Below are positions 9,204-17,987 of a DNA stretch of 32,473 nt, piece after piece. A program made the position numbers and the translations under genes. The DNA comes from Candidatus Nomurabacteria bacterium RIFCSPLOWO2_01_FULL_41_12 (GTDB lineage Bacteria; Patescibacteriota; Minisyncoccia; Phycocordibacterales; UBA9973). The stretch spans positions 1-32,473 of the forward strand of contig MFUY01000011.1 of NCBI GenBank assembly GCA_001787035.1. Reading direction: 5' to 3'. Position 1 is the stretch's first letter. Every line of letters begins with the position of its first letter. The notes under the pieces are model-generated. The model was not told the origin of the DNA, did not search any database, and worked only from the letters and a program-made list of their open reading frames with translations.

Positions 9204-9213
9204 TTATAATTAG

Positions 9214-9327
9214 AAAAATCGTCGTAATAACTTTTCGCGGGGTTTTGAGCGCGACGGCGCGAGAACTTCAGGATTTTTTAAGCTTCAAAAAATTCGTACC
9301 GAAGAAAAGTTTATTACGACAATTTTT
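9214..9327 (+). repeat. Three-way-junction repeat, copy A
   Basis: Core 9239-9300 ggggttttgagcgcgacggcgcgagaacttcaggattttttaagcttcaaaaaattcgtacc, enclosed by a copy-specific stem (aaaaatcgtcgtaataacttttc / gaaaagtttattacgacaattttt). Confidence 0.85.
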
Positions 9328-9341
9328 GTTATACTTAACGT

Positions 9342-10205
9342 ATGATATTCTGGCAACTGACTCTCTATGCAATCTCTGTTGGGATGTTTTTTTCTGTACT
9401 TGCTATGGGCTGGGGACTCATTTTACGCAGCGCAAAGTTTTTTAATTTGGCTTATGGTGGAGCATTTCTGGTGGGAGGGTATATGATGTTTTTATTTTAC
9501 CGCATGTGGAACGTGCATTTCGTCTTTTCCATCTTACTTAGTCTTTTCGGGTCAGGTTTGTATATGCTACTTTCTTATAAATTTATATTTAGCGTACTTC
9601 TCCGCCGCAAAGCGAAAAGCTTGATTCTGCTTATCGCCTCCTTCGGGCTTCTGACCGCTACATCCGCAATTCTTGGCATGATTTTCGGCAATCAATCCAC
9701 TCTTATCGCGCGTCATCTAAGCGATATTTACACAGTAAATGTATTTGGAGCGGTGCTCAATTTGGCTCAGGTCGTCGCTATTGTTTTTGTTCCTGTATTA
9801 ATATTTGTTTTTGCATATATTCGTTCTTCTACGCGTTTTGGGAGAGCGATGAGAGCAATAGAAGATGATAGTGAAGTAGCCGAGTTGGTAGGGATTCCAA
9901 AAGACAAGACTCTTTTACAAATTTTCTTTATTTCCGGGACGTTAGCGGGCTTGGGCGGAATAGCGGAAGGATTTGATCTTGGGCTTATTCCGACTTCCGG
10001 ACTTATAATTATCCTTCCGACAATTGTGGCTACTGTGGTCGGGGGGATGCAAAGTTTTTGGGGCGGAATCCTCGGCGCTTTTATTCTGGCTATAGCTCAG
10101 CAATTAACAATAGTTTTCTTTGGCGGAAGCTGGGTGCAAGCGGTGCCGTTTGTTATTCTTATCATTATGCTTCTTCTACGTCCGCAGGGAATACTTAAAA
10201 GATAA
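9342..10205 (+). CDS. livH: Branched-chain amino acid ABC transporter permease
   Basis: FFNLAYG, TRFGRAMRAIEDDSEVAELVGI, VVGGMQSFWGGILGA, LRPQGIL. Confidence 0.9.
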   Translation: MIFWQLTLYAISVGMFFSVLAMGWGLILRSAKFFNLAYGGAFLVGGYMMFLFYRMWNVHFVFSILLSLFGSGLYMLLSYKFIFSVLLRRKAKSLILLIASFGLLTATSAILGMIFGNQSTLIARHLSDIYTVNVFGAVLNLAQVVAIVFVPVLIFVFAYIRSSTRFGRAMRAIEDDSEVAELVGIPKDKTLLQIFFISGTLAGLGGIAEGFDLGLIPTSGLIIILPTIVATVVGGMQSFWGGILGAFILAIAQQLTIVFFGGSWVQAVPFVILIIMLLLRPQGILKR

Positions 10206-10209
10206 CCTG

Positions 10210-10278
10210 TCCCGTACTAAATTTTTGATTACAAAAAATGACCATTATAAGTAAAAACTTAAAATTTTAGTACCGGGA
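10210..10278. repeat. Intergenic inverted-repeat element between livH and livM
   Basis: tcccgtactaaatttt ... aaaattttagtaccggga around an AT-rich loop. Confidence 0.6.
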
Positions 10279-11144
10279 TGGAATATATTTTTCACATTTT
10301 AATACTTGTATCCATCTACGGCATTTTGGCTCTGGCGCAAAATTTAGTAATGGGCGGAGCGGGCTTGCTGACGATTGCCGGAGCCGCTTTTTACGGGATT
10401 GGCGCATACGCGGCGGCAATTCTGGCTACAAAATTCGGCTTTAATATTTTTACCACATTGATAATTGCGCCGCTAGTTGCGGGTCTGATTGCGCTAATGG
10501 TCGGGAGCACTTTTGCGCGCTTTCGGGACGATTATTTCATGCTGGCGACTCTCGGGTTTTTGATGATATTCAATACCGTAGTGCGGAATTGGGAGAGTTT
10601 TACTGGTGGGTCTTACGGTATAGCCGGAATTCCGAAACCGCACGTCTTTGGTTTTGTTTTTGATACGCCTCTTTCTTTTGTTTTTCTCGCAGTTGTTGTC
10701 CTTCTTATAGTTACAGCTATAACTTATTTTATTTCCCGCTCATCATTCGGCCGGGTGCTGAATGCTATTCGCGAAGACGAAGACGCACTTGCTATTTTCG
10801 GCTACAAAACGTCAACTTACAAATTAATGGCTTTTTCTATCGGAGCGGCTTTAACTGCATGGGGCGGCGTGCTTTTTGCAAGCTATCTTACTTTTATTGA
10901 CTCAAGGCTATTTACGGTAAATGAATCTATCCTTCTTTGGGCGATGATTATTTTAGGAGGAATCGCGAGAAATCGTGGAGCCTTGCTCGGAGCTTTTCTT
11001 TTAATAACAGTTCCCGAAGCATTGCGGTTTATTGGTTTTCCAGTGGACTTTGCCGCGTTGCTACGGCAATGTATATATGGGCTGCTACTTGTTTTCTTAA
11101 TGTTATATCGTCCGAAAGGAATTTTAGGGAAATATAAATTATGA
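10278..11144 (+). CDS. livM: Branched-chain amino acid ABC transporter permease
   Basis: AAFYGIGAY, RFRDDYFMLATLGF, TGGSYGI, SSFGRVLNAIREDE, YRPKGILG. Confidence 0.9.
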   Translation: MEYIFHILILVSIYGILALAQNLVMGGAGLLTIAGAAFYGIGAYAAAILATKFGFNIFTTLIIAPLVAGLIALMVGSTFARFRDDYFMLATLGFLMIFNTVVRNWESFTGGSYGIAGIPKPHVFGFVFDTPLSFVFLAVVVLLIVTAITYFISRSSFGRVLNAIREDEDALAIFGYKTSTYKLMAFSIGAALTAWGGVLFASYLTFIDSRLFTVNESILLWAMIILGGIARNRGALLGAFLLITVPEALRFIGFPVDFAALLRQCIYGLLLVFLMLYRPKGILGKYKL

Positions 11145-11150
11145 TAAATA

Positions 11151-11885
11151 ATGAAAAATATTATTAAAACAAAACAATTAGTAAAACATTTCGGCGGGGT
11201 AAGTGCCGTAGACCACCTTTCTATTACTATCCCAAAAGGGCAAATTACCGGACTAGTAGGTCCAAATGGCAGTGGCAAGACAACGCTCATTAATTTGCTA
11301 TCCGGCTTTTTTTCTCACGATAAAGGCGCGATATTATTCTCCGATACCGAGAGAAGAAAAATTCTTCCTTGGGAAAACAAAATTTATAATATTACCCGCA
11401 CTTTTCAGCAAATCAGGCTTTTTGACCAAATGACTGTGCTAGACAATATGTTGGTAGTTTTAACCGAACGCAATCCATTTTGGTCTTTATTTGAAAAGCA
11501 TAATAAGTATCACATAAAGCAGGCGGAAGATATCCTGGGGCACTTGGGTTTATATGAAAAAAGATTTCATAATGCCGGTGATTTGTCATACGGCCAGAGA
11601 AAACTTTTGGAAATTGGACGGGTACTCTCTATGGATGCGGACACAATTCTTTTTGACGAACCTTTTGCCGGGCTTTTTCCTGAAATGATTAAGCAGATTG
11701 AGGGAATTATTAAAGAATTAAAACAAAAAGGGAAGACAATAGTTCTTGTTGAGCACAACATGGCGATTATCCGGTCTTTGTGCGATTATGTCATTGTGAT
11801 GGATGCCGGCAAAATGCTTGCCGAAGGCAGTCCGGAAAAAGTATTATCAGAGAAAATTGTTTTAGAAGCGTATTTAGGAGAGTAG
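11151..11885 (+). CDS. livG: Branched-chain amino acid ABC transporter ATP-binding protein
   Basis: KHFGGVSAV, GPNGSGKTT, RTFQQIRLF, LSYGQRKLLEIGR, LFDEPFAG, VEHNM, EAYLG. Confidence 0.92.
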   Translation: MKNIIKTKQLVKHFGGVSAVDHLSITIPKGQITGLVGPNGSGKTTLINLLSGFFSHDKGAILFSDTERRKILPWENKIYNITRTFQQIRLFDQMTVLDNMLVVLTERNPFWSLFEKHNKYHIKQAEDILGHLGLYEKRFHNAGDLSYGQRKLLEIGRVLSMDADTILFDEPFAGLFPEMIKQIEGIIKELKQKGKTIVLVEHNMAIIRSLCDYVIVMDAGKMLAEGSPEKVLSEKIVLEAYLGE

Positions 11886-11892
11886 AATTATG

Positions 11893-12017
11893 ATAAATTT
11901 ATGAATACAAACTTTCCTTTGGTACGGATTTTTCAATAAACGGTTAGTCTTAAAAAATTCTGAAGTTCAGAGCTCGCCAGCCTCGAAACCCCGCGGAAAG
12001 CTTTATTAAAAATTTAT
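11893..12017 (-). repeat. Three-way-junction repeat, copy B (diverged, inverted)
   Basis: Reverse complement of 11921-11992 is ggggtttcgaggctggcgagctctgaacttcagaattttttaa...gaaaaatccgtacc. Closing stem ctttcc/ggaaag. Confidence 0.75.
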
Positions 12018-12729
12018 GAAACCATTACTAGAATTAAAAAATATTTCAGCCGGATATGGAGAGCAGAAAATCATACACGATATTTCGCTTTTTATAAATG
12101 GGGGTGAAATCGTGGCATTAATGGGCCCGAATGGAGCAGGAAAATCCACGATTTTAAAAGCAATTTTTGGCTTAATATCCCATACTGGCGCTTTATTTTA
12201 TCAAGAAGAGAAAATTATTCCAACGCCCTCTCAAATTGTGAAAATGGGAGTGGCTTTTGTGCCTCAAGGCAGGCGAGTGTTTAATAATCTGACAGTGGAA
12301 GAAAATCTGGAAATTGGCGGGTTTTCTTTGAATGATGAAGAAGAATGCAGAAGGAGAGCCAAACATCTTATGCATCTTTTTCCTGCACTTCATGCTAAAA
12401 AAGATGCTTATGCCGGGACGCTCTCCGGTGGGCAGCAGCAGCTTCTTTCTATTGCCCGCGGACTGATGATGCAGCCGAAACTTCTCTTGCTTGATGAGCC
12501 CACGCTTGGCCTCTCGCCGAAAGTTGTGAAGGAAATTTTCCAAACCATCAAAGATATCAATAAAAATCAAAAAACAGCCATTCTCATCGTGGAGCACAAT
12601 CTTCATTCTCTTTTGCCGATTACTGATCGCGCGTATGTCCTTGCTCATGGCAAAATCGTTGTCTCCGACACCGGTCCAAATATCGCCAAGAGTGATATCC
12701 TTGAGCGGGTTTTTATGGGGAAGATATAA
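12016..12729 (+). CDS. livF: Branched-chain amino acid ABC transporter ATP-binding protein
   Basis: GPNGAGKST, VPQGRRVF..LTVEENLEIG, AGTLSGGQQQ, LLLDEPTLGLSP. Confidence 0.92.
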   Translation: MKPLLELKNISAGYGEQKIIHDISLFINGGEIVALMGPNGAGKSTILKAIFGLISHTGALFYQEEKIIPTPSQIVKMGVAFVPQGRRVFNNLTVEENLEIGGFSLNDEEECRRRAKHLMHLFPALHAKKDAYAGTLSGGQQQLLSIARGLMMQPKLLLLDEPTLGLSPKVVKEIFQTIKDINKNQKTAILIVEHNLHSLLPITDRAYVLAHGKIVVSDTGPNIAKSDILERVFMGKI

Positions 12730-12736
12730 AAATTAA

Positions 12737-12849
12737 AAAAATAATAAATATAAATTTTTTTAGGTACGGATTTTTTGAAGCTTAAAAAATCCTGAAGTTT
12801 TCACGCCGTCGCGTTCAAAACCCCTAAAAAACTTATATTTATTATTTTT
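12737..12849 (-). repeat. Three-way-junction repeat, copy C (inverted)
   Basis: Reverse complement of 12763-12824 is ggggttttgaacgcgacggcgtgaaaacttcaggattttttaagcttcaaaaaatccgtacc. Outer stem aaaaataataaatataa / ttatatttattattttt. Confidence 0.85.
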
Positions 12850-12850
12850 C

Positions 12851-12890
12851 AGGAAAACAAAAATCCCCATAAAGGGATTTTTGTTTTCCT
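12851..12890. terminator. Bidirectional intrinsic terminator between convergent livF and hup
   Basis: Perfect 17-bp inverted repeat aggaaaacaaaaatccc-cataaa-gggatttttgttttcct with A and T tracts. Confidence 0.7.
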
Positions 12891-12931
12891 ACATTTCTCT
12901 CGAGAGAACCCGCCAAAGGACGGGCAGGAAT

Positions 12932-13204
12932 TTACGCAACTGTGTCTTTCAAACCTTTTGCCGGTCGGAATTTCGGAACTCTCTTTGCAGCCACTTTGAC
13001 TTGCGCTCCAGTCTTTGGATTGCGGGCCATTCTGGCAGCTCTTTGCTTTACGGAAAAGATTCCGAAGCCAGCGATTGATACTTCGCCGCCCTTTTTCAAG
13101 GTCTGGACGATAGCATCAAACAATCCGTCTACGACTTCTTCAGCCTGCACTTTGGTACCACCGAGTTTTCCGTGTACCCAGTCAGCCAATGCTTGTTTGT
13201 TCAT
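12932..13204 (-). CDS. hup: DNA-binding protein HU
   Basis: MNKQAL.., VSIAGFGIFSV, RAARMARNPKTG, PKFRPAKGLKD. Confidence 0.95.
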   Translation of the reverse strand: MNKQALADWVHGKLGGTKVQAEEVVDGLFDAIVQTLKKGGEVSIAGFGIFSVKQRAARMARNPKTGAQVKVAAKRVPKFRPAKGLKDTVA

Positions 13205-13307
13205 ATTTTTAAAAGTTATTTTTATAATTCTTTCGACCTTGCCCGCCTGCTTACCCGCCCTAGGCGGGTAAAGAGGGCTAATTACCTATATAAATCAATA
13301 CCTACCT

Positions 13308-13336
13308 ATTATATATCAAGGGTTTTTTAAGGGCAA
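13308..13336 (-). promoter_or_regulatory. hup promoter
   Basis: TTGCCC-17-TATAAT on the minus strand. The leader contains hairpin ttacccgcc-cta-ggcgggtaa (13251-13271). Confidence 0.65.
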
Positions 13337-13337
13337 G

Positions 13338-13472
13338 CCCCCACACTTATCTTTGGTATTATCCTGCTTTTTCAATAAAATTATTACTTTTACCTATATT
13401 TCCTGTAAAAAACCAGTTTATTAAAAGATTTATTTAGCAGAATAAAAAGCTATACCAAAATAAGTGTGGGGG
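13338..13472. mobile_element. MITE-like element (135 bp) with 4-bp CAAG flanking duplication
   Basis: TIRs cccccacacttatctttggtat / ataccaaaataagtgtggggg, further inner pairing (ttatcctgct/agcagaataa). CAAG at 13334-13337 and 13473-13476. Confidence 0.7.
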
Positions 13473-13480
13473 CAAGTCCT

Positions 13481-14398
13481 TTACCAGACCACTTCTTTGG
13501 AAGGGAATAAAGCCCGAAGCATTGATAAAAACACCGGAAATTGAAGTGGCCATAAAAACATAGCCACAACAGGCACATTTAATATGCGAATATTGTCGTA
13601 TGGCCAGTTGGCGAAAACCCACACCTGGAAAGGTCCGTTTAAAAATTCAATTGAAACAATAGCGATAATATTCGCAATTGTTATAAAAATAATCGGCCAA
13701 AAATTACCTGACAAAATGTCGTGAGTTAAGGTCTGCTTGTTTTGTTTGAAGCATATGTATTCAAAAATGAAGAAAGTGGCAATGAAAACCAAGATGATTA
13801 TATAGAATCCAGAAAAGGGCACTTCTCCTTTTTGATTGATTATAAAAGACGAGAGAGATGGATTGGCCAAAAATCTTAGAGCATAGTTGATGCTTAAAAG
13901 ATAGCCAATAATGCCAAGGACAAGTTCGCTATTCATTATCATCTCATAAAACTGTTTCTTGACATAATGCCCCAGATTGATCTTTCTGTGATTTGTCACT
14001 AGATCTTTTGCAAACTCATATAAGATAAAAAGGAGGAGAGTATATGCGCCGAACGCAAATGGCGCTATCGCTAAATAAATTTTCAATGACCAAAATGGGT
14101 AATACCAAAGTCTAGCCACAAATACGCCAAAGCCGTCCAAAAGAACGCAGAAAAGTAAAGATACTACACTAATAATAAAGAGTTTTCTCCCTCTCCATAT
14201 TGTGTCGGGGATAACGCTATGAGAGAAATATTTTCTTTCAAAAAAATCAAACAAGCATATAAGCCCAGCCCAGCTGATGCCTAAAGGCAGAACGACAAAC
14301 CAATTATAGCTGCCTAAAAAGATAGTCATCCATAAGGCGGAGAAAAATAAGATGAAAATACCTAACGAAAATTCATGATGCGTGATAAATTTCCACAT
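13481..14398 (-). CDS. Hypothetical polytopic membrane protein
   Basis: About 8 TM with two related halves (GVFVARLWYYP / NGPFQVWVFANWP). Starts 5 bp after the rny stop. Confidence 0.7.
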   Translation of the reverse strand: MWKFITHHEFSLGIFILFFSALWMTIFLGSYNWFVVLPLGISWAGLICLFDFFERKYFSHSVIPDTIWRGRKLFIISVVSLLFCVLLDGFGVFVARLWYYPFWSLKIYLAIAPFAFGAYTLLLFILYEFAKDLVTNHRKINLGHYVKKQFYEMIMNSELVLGIIGYLLSINYALRFLANPSLSSFIINQKGEVPFSGFYIIILVFIATFFIFEYICFKQNKQTLTHDILSGNFWPIIFITIANIIAIVSIEFLNGPFQVWVFANWPYDNIRILNVPVVAMFLWPLQFPVFLSMLRALFPSKEVVW

Positions 14399-14403
14399 TG
14401 TTT

Positions 14404-15939
14404 TTATCTTGCATATTCTATCACTCTCGTTTCGCGGATCAAAGTTACTTTGATTTCTCCGGGATATTTGAGTTCTTGCTCTATTTTCATCGCTATGTCG
14501 CGGGCGAGGAGCTTGGCTTCGGCGTCGGAGATTTTCTCTGGGGTGACAAAGATGCGGATTTCACGTCCGGCTTGGAGAGCATAAGATTTTTCAACGGCAG
14601 GGAAGGCGTTGACCAGCGCCTCTAGTTCTTGCAATCTCTTCAAGTAATTTTCCACCGAGTCGCGACGCGCACCGGGACGGCCGCCAGAGATTGCATCGGC
14701 GGTCTGCACAATAATAGCTTCAATGGTTTCATAGGGGTAGTCTTCATGGTGGCTTTTCATCGCGGTGATGATGCGTTCATCGGCTCCGAATTTCTGCAAT
14801 ATTCTGATGCCTATTTCAATGTGCGTGCCTTGCACTTCGTGGTCAAGCGCTTTGCCGATGTCGTGCACCAATGCTCCGGCTTTGGCGATGGCAACATCCG
14901 CGCCCAATTCTTCAGCCAGCATGCCAGCGATGTGCGCCATTTCAATGGAATGCTGAAGCACGTTTTGCCCGTAGCTGGTGCGGAAATATAATCGTCCGAT
15001 AATGGCAATGATGCGGGGGTCAAAGTTGAATATCCCGCATTCATAGACTGCCTGTTCGCCTTTCTCTTTGATTATTTTATTTATTTCTTCCTTGGCTTTT
15101 TCCACCAGCTCTTCTATCTTGGCCGGCTGAATGCGCCCGTCCAAAATCAAGTTTTCCAAGGCCAGGCGGGCGACTTGCCTTCTGATCGGATCAAATGAAG
15201 AAATGACAATTGAGCCGGGAGTATCGTCCACAATCAGCTCCACTCCCGAGGCTCTTTCAAAAGCCCTGATATTTCTGCCTTCTTTTCCTATTATTTTGCC
15301 TTTTATTTCATTATTCGGTATGGATACCACGGTCGTCATCAATTCAGAAGCCGTACTGGAAGCCAGACGCTGGATACTCGTAGCCAAGATATCTTTAGCC
15401 CTTAATTCTAATTTTTCCTGATTGCTATTTTCCAGTTTCTGGATTCTGACCAAGATATCTTCTTCATATTTCTTTTCTATGTCCCGCAAAAGCTCTTCTT
15501 TAGCCTCTCCCTCCGTCAACTTTGCCACTCTTTCCAGCTCTGTCCTCTTTTCTTCTTCTACCTTTAATACTTTTTCCTGGATCTTTTTTATTTCCTCAAC
15601 TTTCAATTTTATGTTCTCAACCTCCTTATCTATCTCAACCTGTCGAGCGTCCAAAAACTCGTCTTTTTTGACAAGCCTTAGTTCTTTATCTCTCCATTCC
15701 TGTTCTTTCTTTTTTTCTTCCTCTTTTAGTTCTGCGAGTTTGCCTTCCGACGCCTTTTTTGCCTCGTCGGTAATATTTTGCGCCTCTTCTTTGGCGTCCA
15801 TCAGCATCCGCTTGATGTCTATTTCGATGGACCTTCTTTTTCCCAACGCGACTATCACTCGCAGATAATACCCAATTAGAACGCCCAAAAGGAGTACTCC
15901 GACTCCGATTAAAATTATTATTATGCTCATAAGCTTCAT
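14404..15939 (-). CDS. rny: Ribonuclease Y
   Basis: N-terminal TM, coiled coil, KH (KGKIIGKEGRNIRAFE), HD (RTSYGQNVLQHS, HDIGKA), ADAISGGRPGAR, YPGEIKVT. Alternative start at 15930. Confidence 0.97.
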   Translation of the reverse strand: MKLMSIIIILIGVGVLLLGVLIGYYLRVIVALGKRRSIEIDIKRMLMDAKEEAQNITDEAKKASEGKLAELKEEEKKKEQEWRDKELRLVKKDEFLDARQVEIDKEVENIKLKVEEIKKIQEKVLKVEEEKRTELERVAKLTEGEAKEELLRDIEKKYEEDILVRIQKLENSNQEKLELRAKDILATSIQRLASSTASELMTTVVSIPNNEIKGKIIGKEGRNIRAFERASGVELIVDDTPGSIVISSFDPIRRQVARLALENLILDGRIQPAKIEELVEKAKEEINKIIKEKGEQAVYECGIFNFDPRIIAIIGRLYFRTSYGQNVLQHSIEMAHIAGMLAEELGADVAIAKAGALVHDIGKALDHEVQGTHIEIGIRILQKFGADERIITAMKSHHEDYPYETIEAIIVQTADAISGGRPGARRDSVENYLKRLQELEALVNAFPAVEKSYALQAGREIRIFVTPEKISDAEAKLLARDIAMKIEQELKYPGEIKVTLIRETRVIEYAR

Positions 15940-16133
15940 GTCAGCTTACAAGAACAAACCACTATATTGTTAGTTTCATTTCTGCCAGAGCAGAGACGCA
16001 TTTCAAGATTTGAAAATTATTCTTTAAACACTTCATAATATATGGAATATTCCTATGAACCGACGTAAATTAAGTAAAATCAATTTGTAAAATTCAACAT
16101 TTCCAGTATAGCAAATAGTAGAATGTTTGTCTA
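15940..16133 (-). promoter_or_regulatory. rny promoter and about 160-nt structured leader (candidate ncRNA)
   Basis: TAGACA(16128-16133)-17-TATACT(16105-16110) with extended TG. Leader has several hairpins and 5'/3' end pairing. Confidence 0.55.
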
Positions 16134-16739
16134 CTAGTTATTTGATTTTGAAACCGGAGCTTTGGATTTAGTGACTATTTCGTCAATGATGCCATATTTT
16201 TTGGCTTCTTCGGCGTCCATGAAAAAATCCCGCTCTACGTCTTTTTCTATTTGAGCTAAAGACTTGCCGGTGTGTTTTGCTAAAATTTTATTTAAATTAT
16301 CCCGTGTTTTTAAAATATGTTTGGCGGTGATGGCGATGTCTGTCGCTTGGCCTTCCACTCCGCCCAATGGCTGATGAATCATAACTTCCGCGTTCGGCAG
16401 GATAAATCTCTTTCCTTTTTTGCCGGCGGACAAAATAATTGCTCCACCGGAAGCCGCCAGGCCCACGCAAAAAGTGGAAATATCAGGGCGAACATGATTC
16501 ATTGTGTCAACTATTGCCATGGTGGAGGTTACCGATCCGCCAGGGGAGTTAATGTAAAGAAAAATATCTTTTTTGGCGTCTTCGCTCTCAAGAAAAAGGA
16601 GTTGGGCAATAACGATATTAGCCGTATGGTCGTCAATCGGCCCGCCTAGGAATATAATGCGCTCCCTTAAAAGCCTCGAATAAATATCATAAGCCCTTTC
16701 TCCAAATTGACTTTTTTCTATAACTGTTGGTATTAACAT
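16134..16739 (-). CDS. clpP: ATP-dependent Clp protease proteolytic subunit
   Basis: [39 protein letters not shown]. Confidence 0.97.
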   Translation of the reverse strand: MLIPTVIEKSQFGERAYDIYSRLLRERIIFLGGPIDDHTANIVIAQLLFLESEDAKKDIFLYINSPGGSVTSTMAIVDTMNHVRPDISTFCVGLAASGGAIILSAGKKGKRFILPNAEVMIHQPLGGVEGQATDIAITAKHILKTRDNLNKILAKHTGKSLAQIEKDVERDFFMDAEEAKKYGIIDEIVTKSKAPVSKSNN

Positions 16740-16796
16740 TTACATATCATAGCAGAATTGCGAACTTTTTCAAGCCATGCTAACATTCTACCTAAT

Positions 16797-17987
16797 ATGA
16801 AAAAAATCTGGGATAAGAGAGCAGGGATAAAGACGAACCAAGCTGTAGAGAATTATACCGTCGGGGTGGATTATTTATTGGACTTAGAACTCTTGCCTTA
16901 TGACATCAAGGGTACAATGACCCATGTTAAAATGCTATATAAGATAAAAATACTTAATTCGAAAGAATTAAGTATTTTGCTAAAGGGGCTTAATAGAATT
17001 TTATCTCTTTGGAAGAAAGGAAAATTTAAAATTAACAAGAAGCAAGAAGACGGACATACTGCCATTGAGGCATACCTTACGGAGCATTATGGCGAAGTCG
17101 GCAAGAAAGTTCATACTGGGCGCTCCAGAAACGACCAGGCTTTAGTAATGATTCGTCTGTTTAGTAAAGATAAACTTTCAGAAATTGAAAAAAGAGCAGT
17201 CAATCTCATAAAAACTCTGGAACAGCAAATCAAAAAACAAGGAAAAATAAAAATGCCCGGCTATACTCATATGCAAAGAGCGATGCCTTCTTCTGTCAGC
17301 ATGTGGCTCGGCTCTTATCTTGACAGCTTAAAGGATGACCTGATTCTCTTAGAAGCGGTTTCAAAAATTATAGATCAAAATCCCCTGGGATCAGCGGCAG
17401 GCTATGGAGAAAATATTTTAGGCTTGGATAGAAAATTCACCGGGAAAGTTTTGGGCTTCAAAAGAGTGCAGAACAATCCGATGTACTGCGCGCTCTCGCG
17501 AGGTAAATTTGAAAATATCGTCTTACAGGCAGTCGGGAGCGTGATGTTTGATATTGGTAAGATTTCAAACGATTTGCTTCTTTTTACCACCAAGGAATTT
17601 GATTTTTTTACTCTACCGGATTCTTTTAAGACAGGTTCTAGTATCATGCCACAGAAGAAGAATTATGATATCTTGGAACTAGTGCGGGGCAATGTTGCTG
17701 TTTTTAACGGTTATCAGCATCAAATAGAAAACGTCATAAAAAATCTACCTGCTGGATACAATAGGGATTTCCAGCTGACGAAAGAGCCTTATATCAAAGG
17801 TGTAAAACTTGCAATTGACACCATAGAAGTCATAACTTTAGTTATAAAAAATTTAGAGGCGAAGAAAAAAAATTTGGAAAATGCCTGTACACCGGAACTT
17901 TATGCGACAGATGAAGCTTTAAAATTGGTAAAAAAAGGCAAAAGTTTTCGGGAAGCTTATCAGGAAGTAAAAGAAAAGTATGTATAA
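16797..17987 (+). CDS. argH: Argininosuccinate lyase (short, 396 aa)
   Basis: HTGRSRNDQ, MPGYTHMQRA, GSSIMPQKKN, GYNRDFQ. Start moved to ATG 16797, downstream of TTGCGA-17-TAACAT. Confidence 0.88.
   Translation: MKKIWDKRAGIKTNQAVENYTVGVDYLLDLELLPYDIKGTMTHVKMLYKIKILNSKELSILLKGLNRILSLWKKGKFKINKKQEDGHTAIEAYLTEHYGEVGKKVHTGRSRNDQALVMIRLFSKDKLSEIEKRAVNLIKTLEQQIKKQGKIKMPGYTHMQRAMPSSVSMWLGSYLDSLKDDLILLEAVSKIIDQNPLGSAAGYGENILGLDRKFTGKVLGFKRVQNNPMYCALSRGKFENIVLQAVGSVMFDIGKISNDLLLFTTKEFDFFTLPDSFKTGSSIMPQKKNYDILELVRGNVAVFNGYQHQIENVIKNLPAGYNRDFQLTKEPYIKGVKLAIDTIEVITLVIKNLEAKKKNLENACTPELYATDEALKLVKKGKSFREAYQEVKEKYV

Noticed and set aside
9245..9445. Small ORFs at 9245 and 28351
   Set aside because: They are read-throughs of the repeat element in different frames.
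11921..12824. Hammerhead ribozyme reading of the repeat (CUGAAG...GAAAC in copy B)
   Set aside because: The core is CUGAAGU, not CUGANGA, and GAAA is not kept in the other copies.
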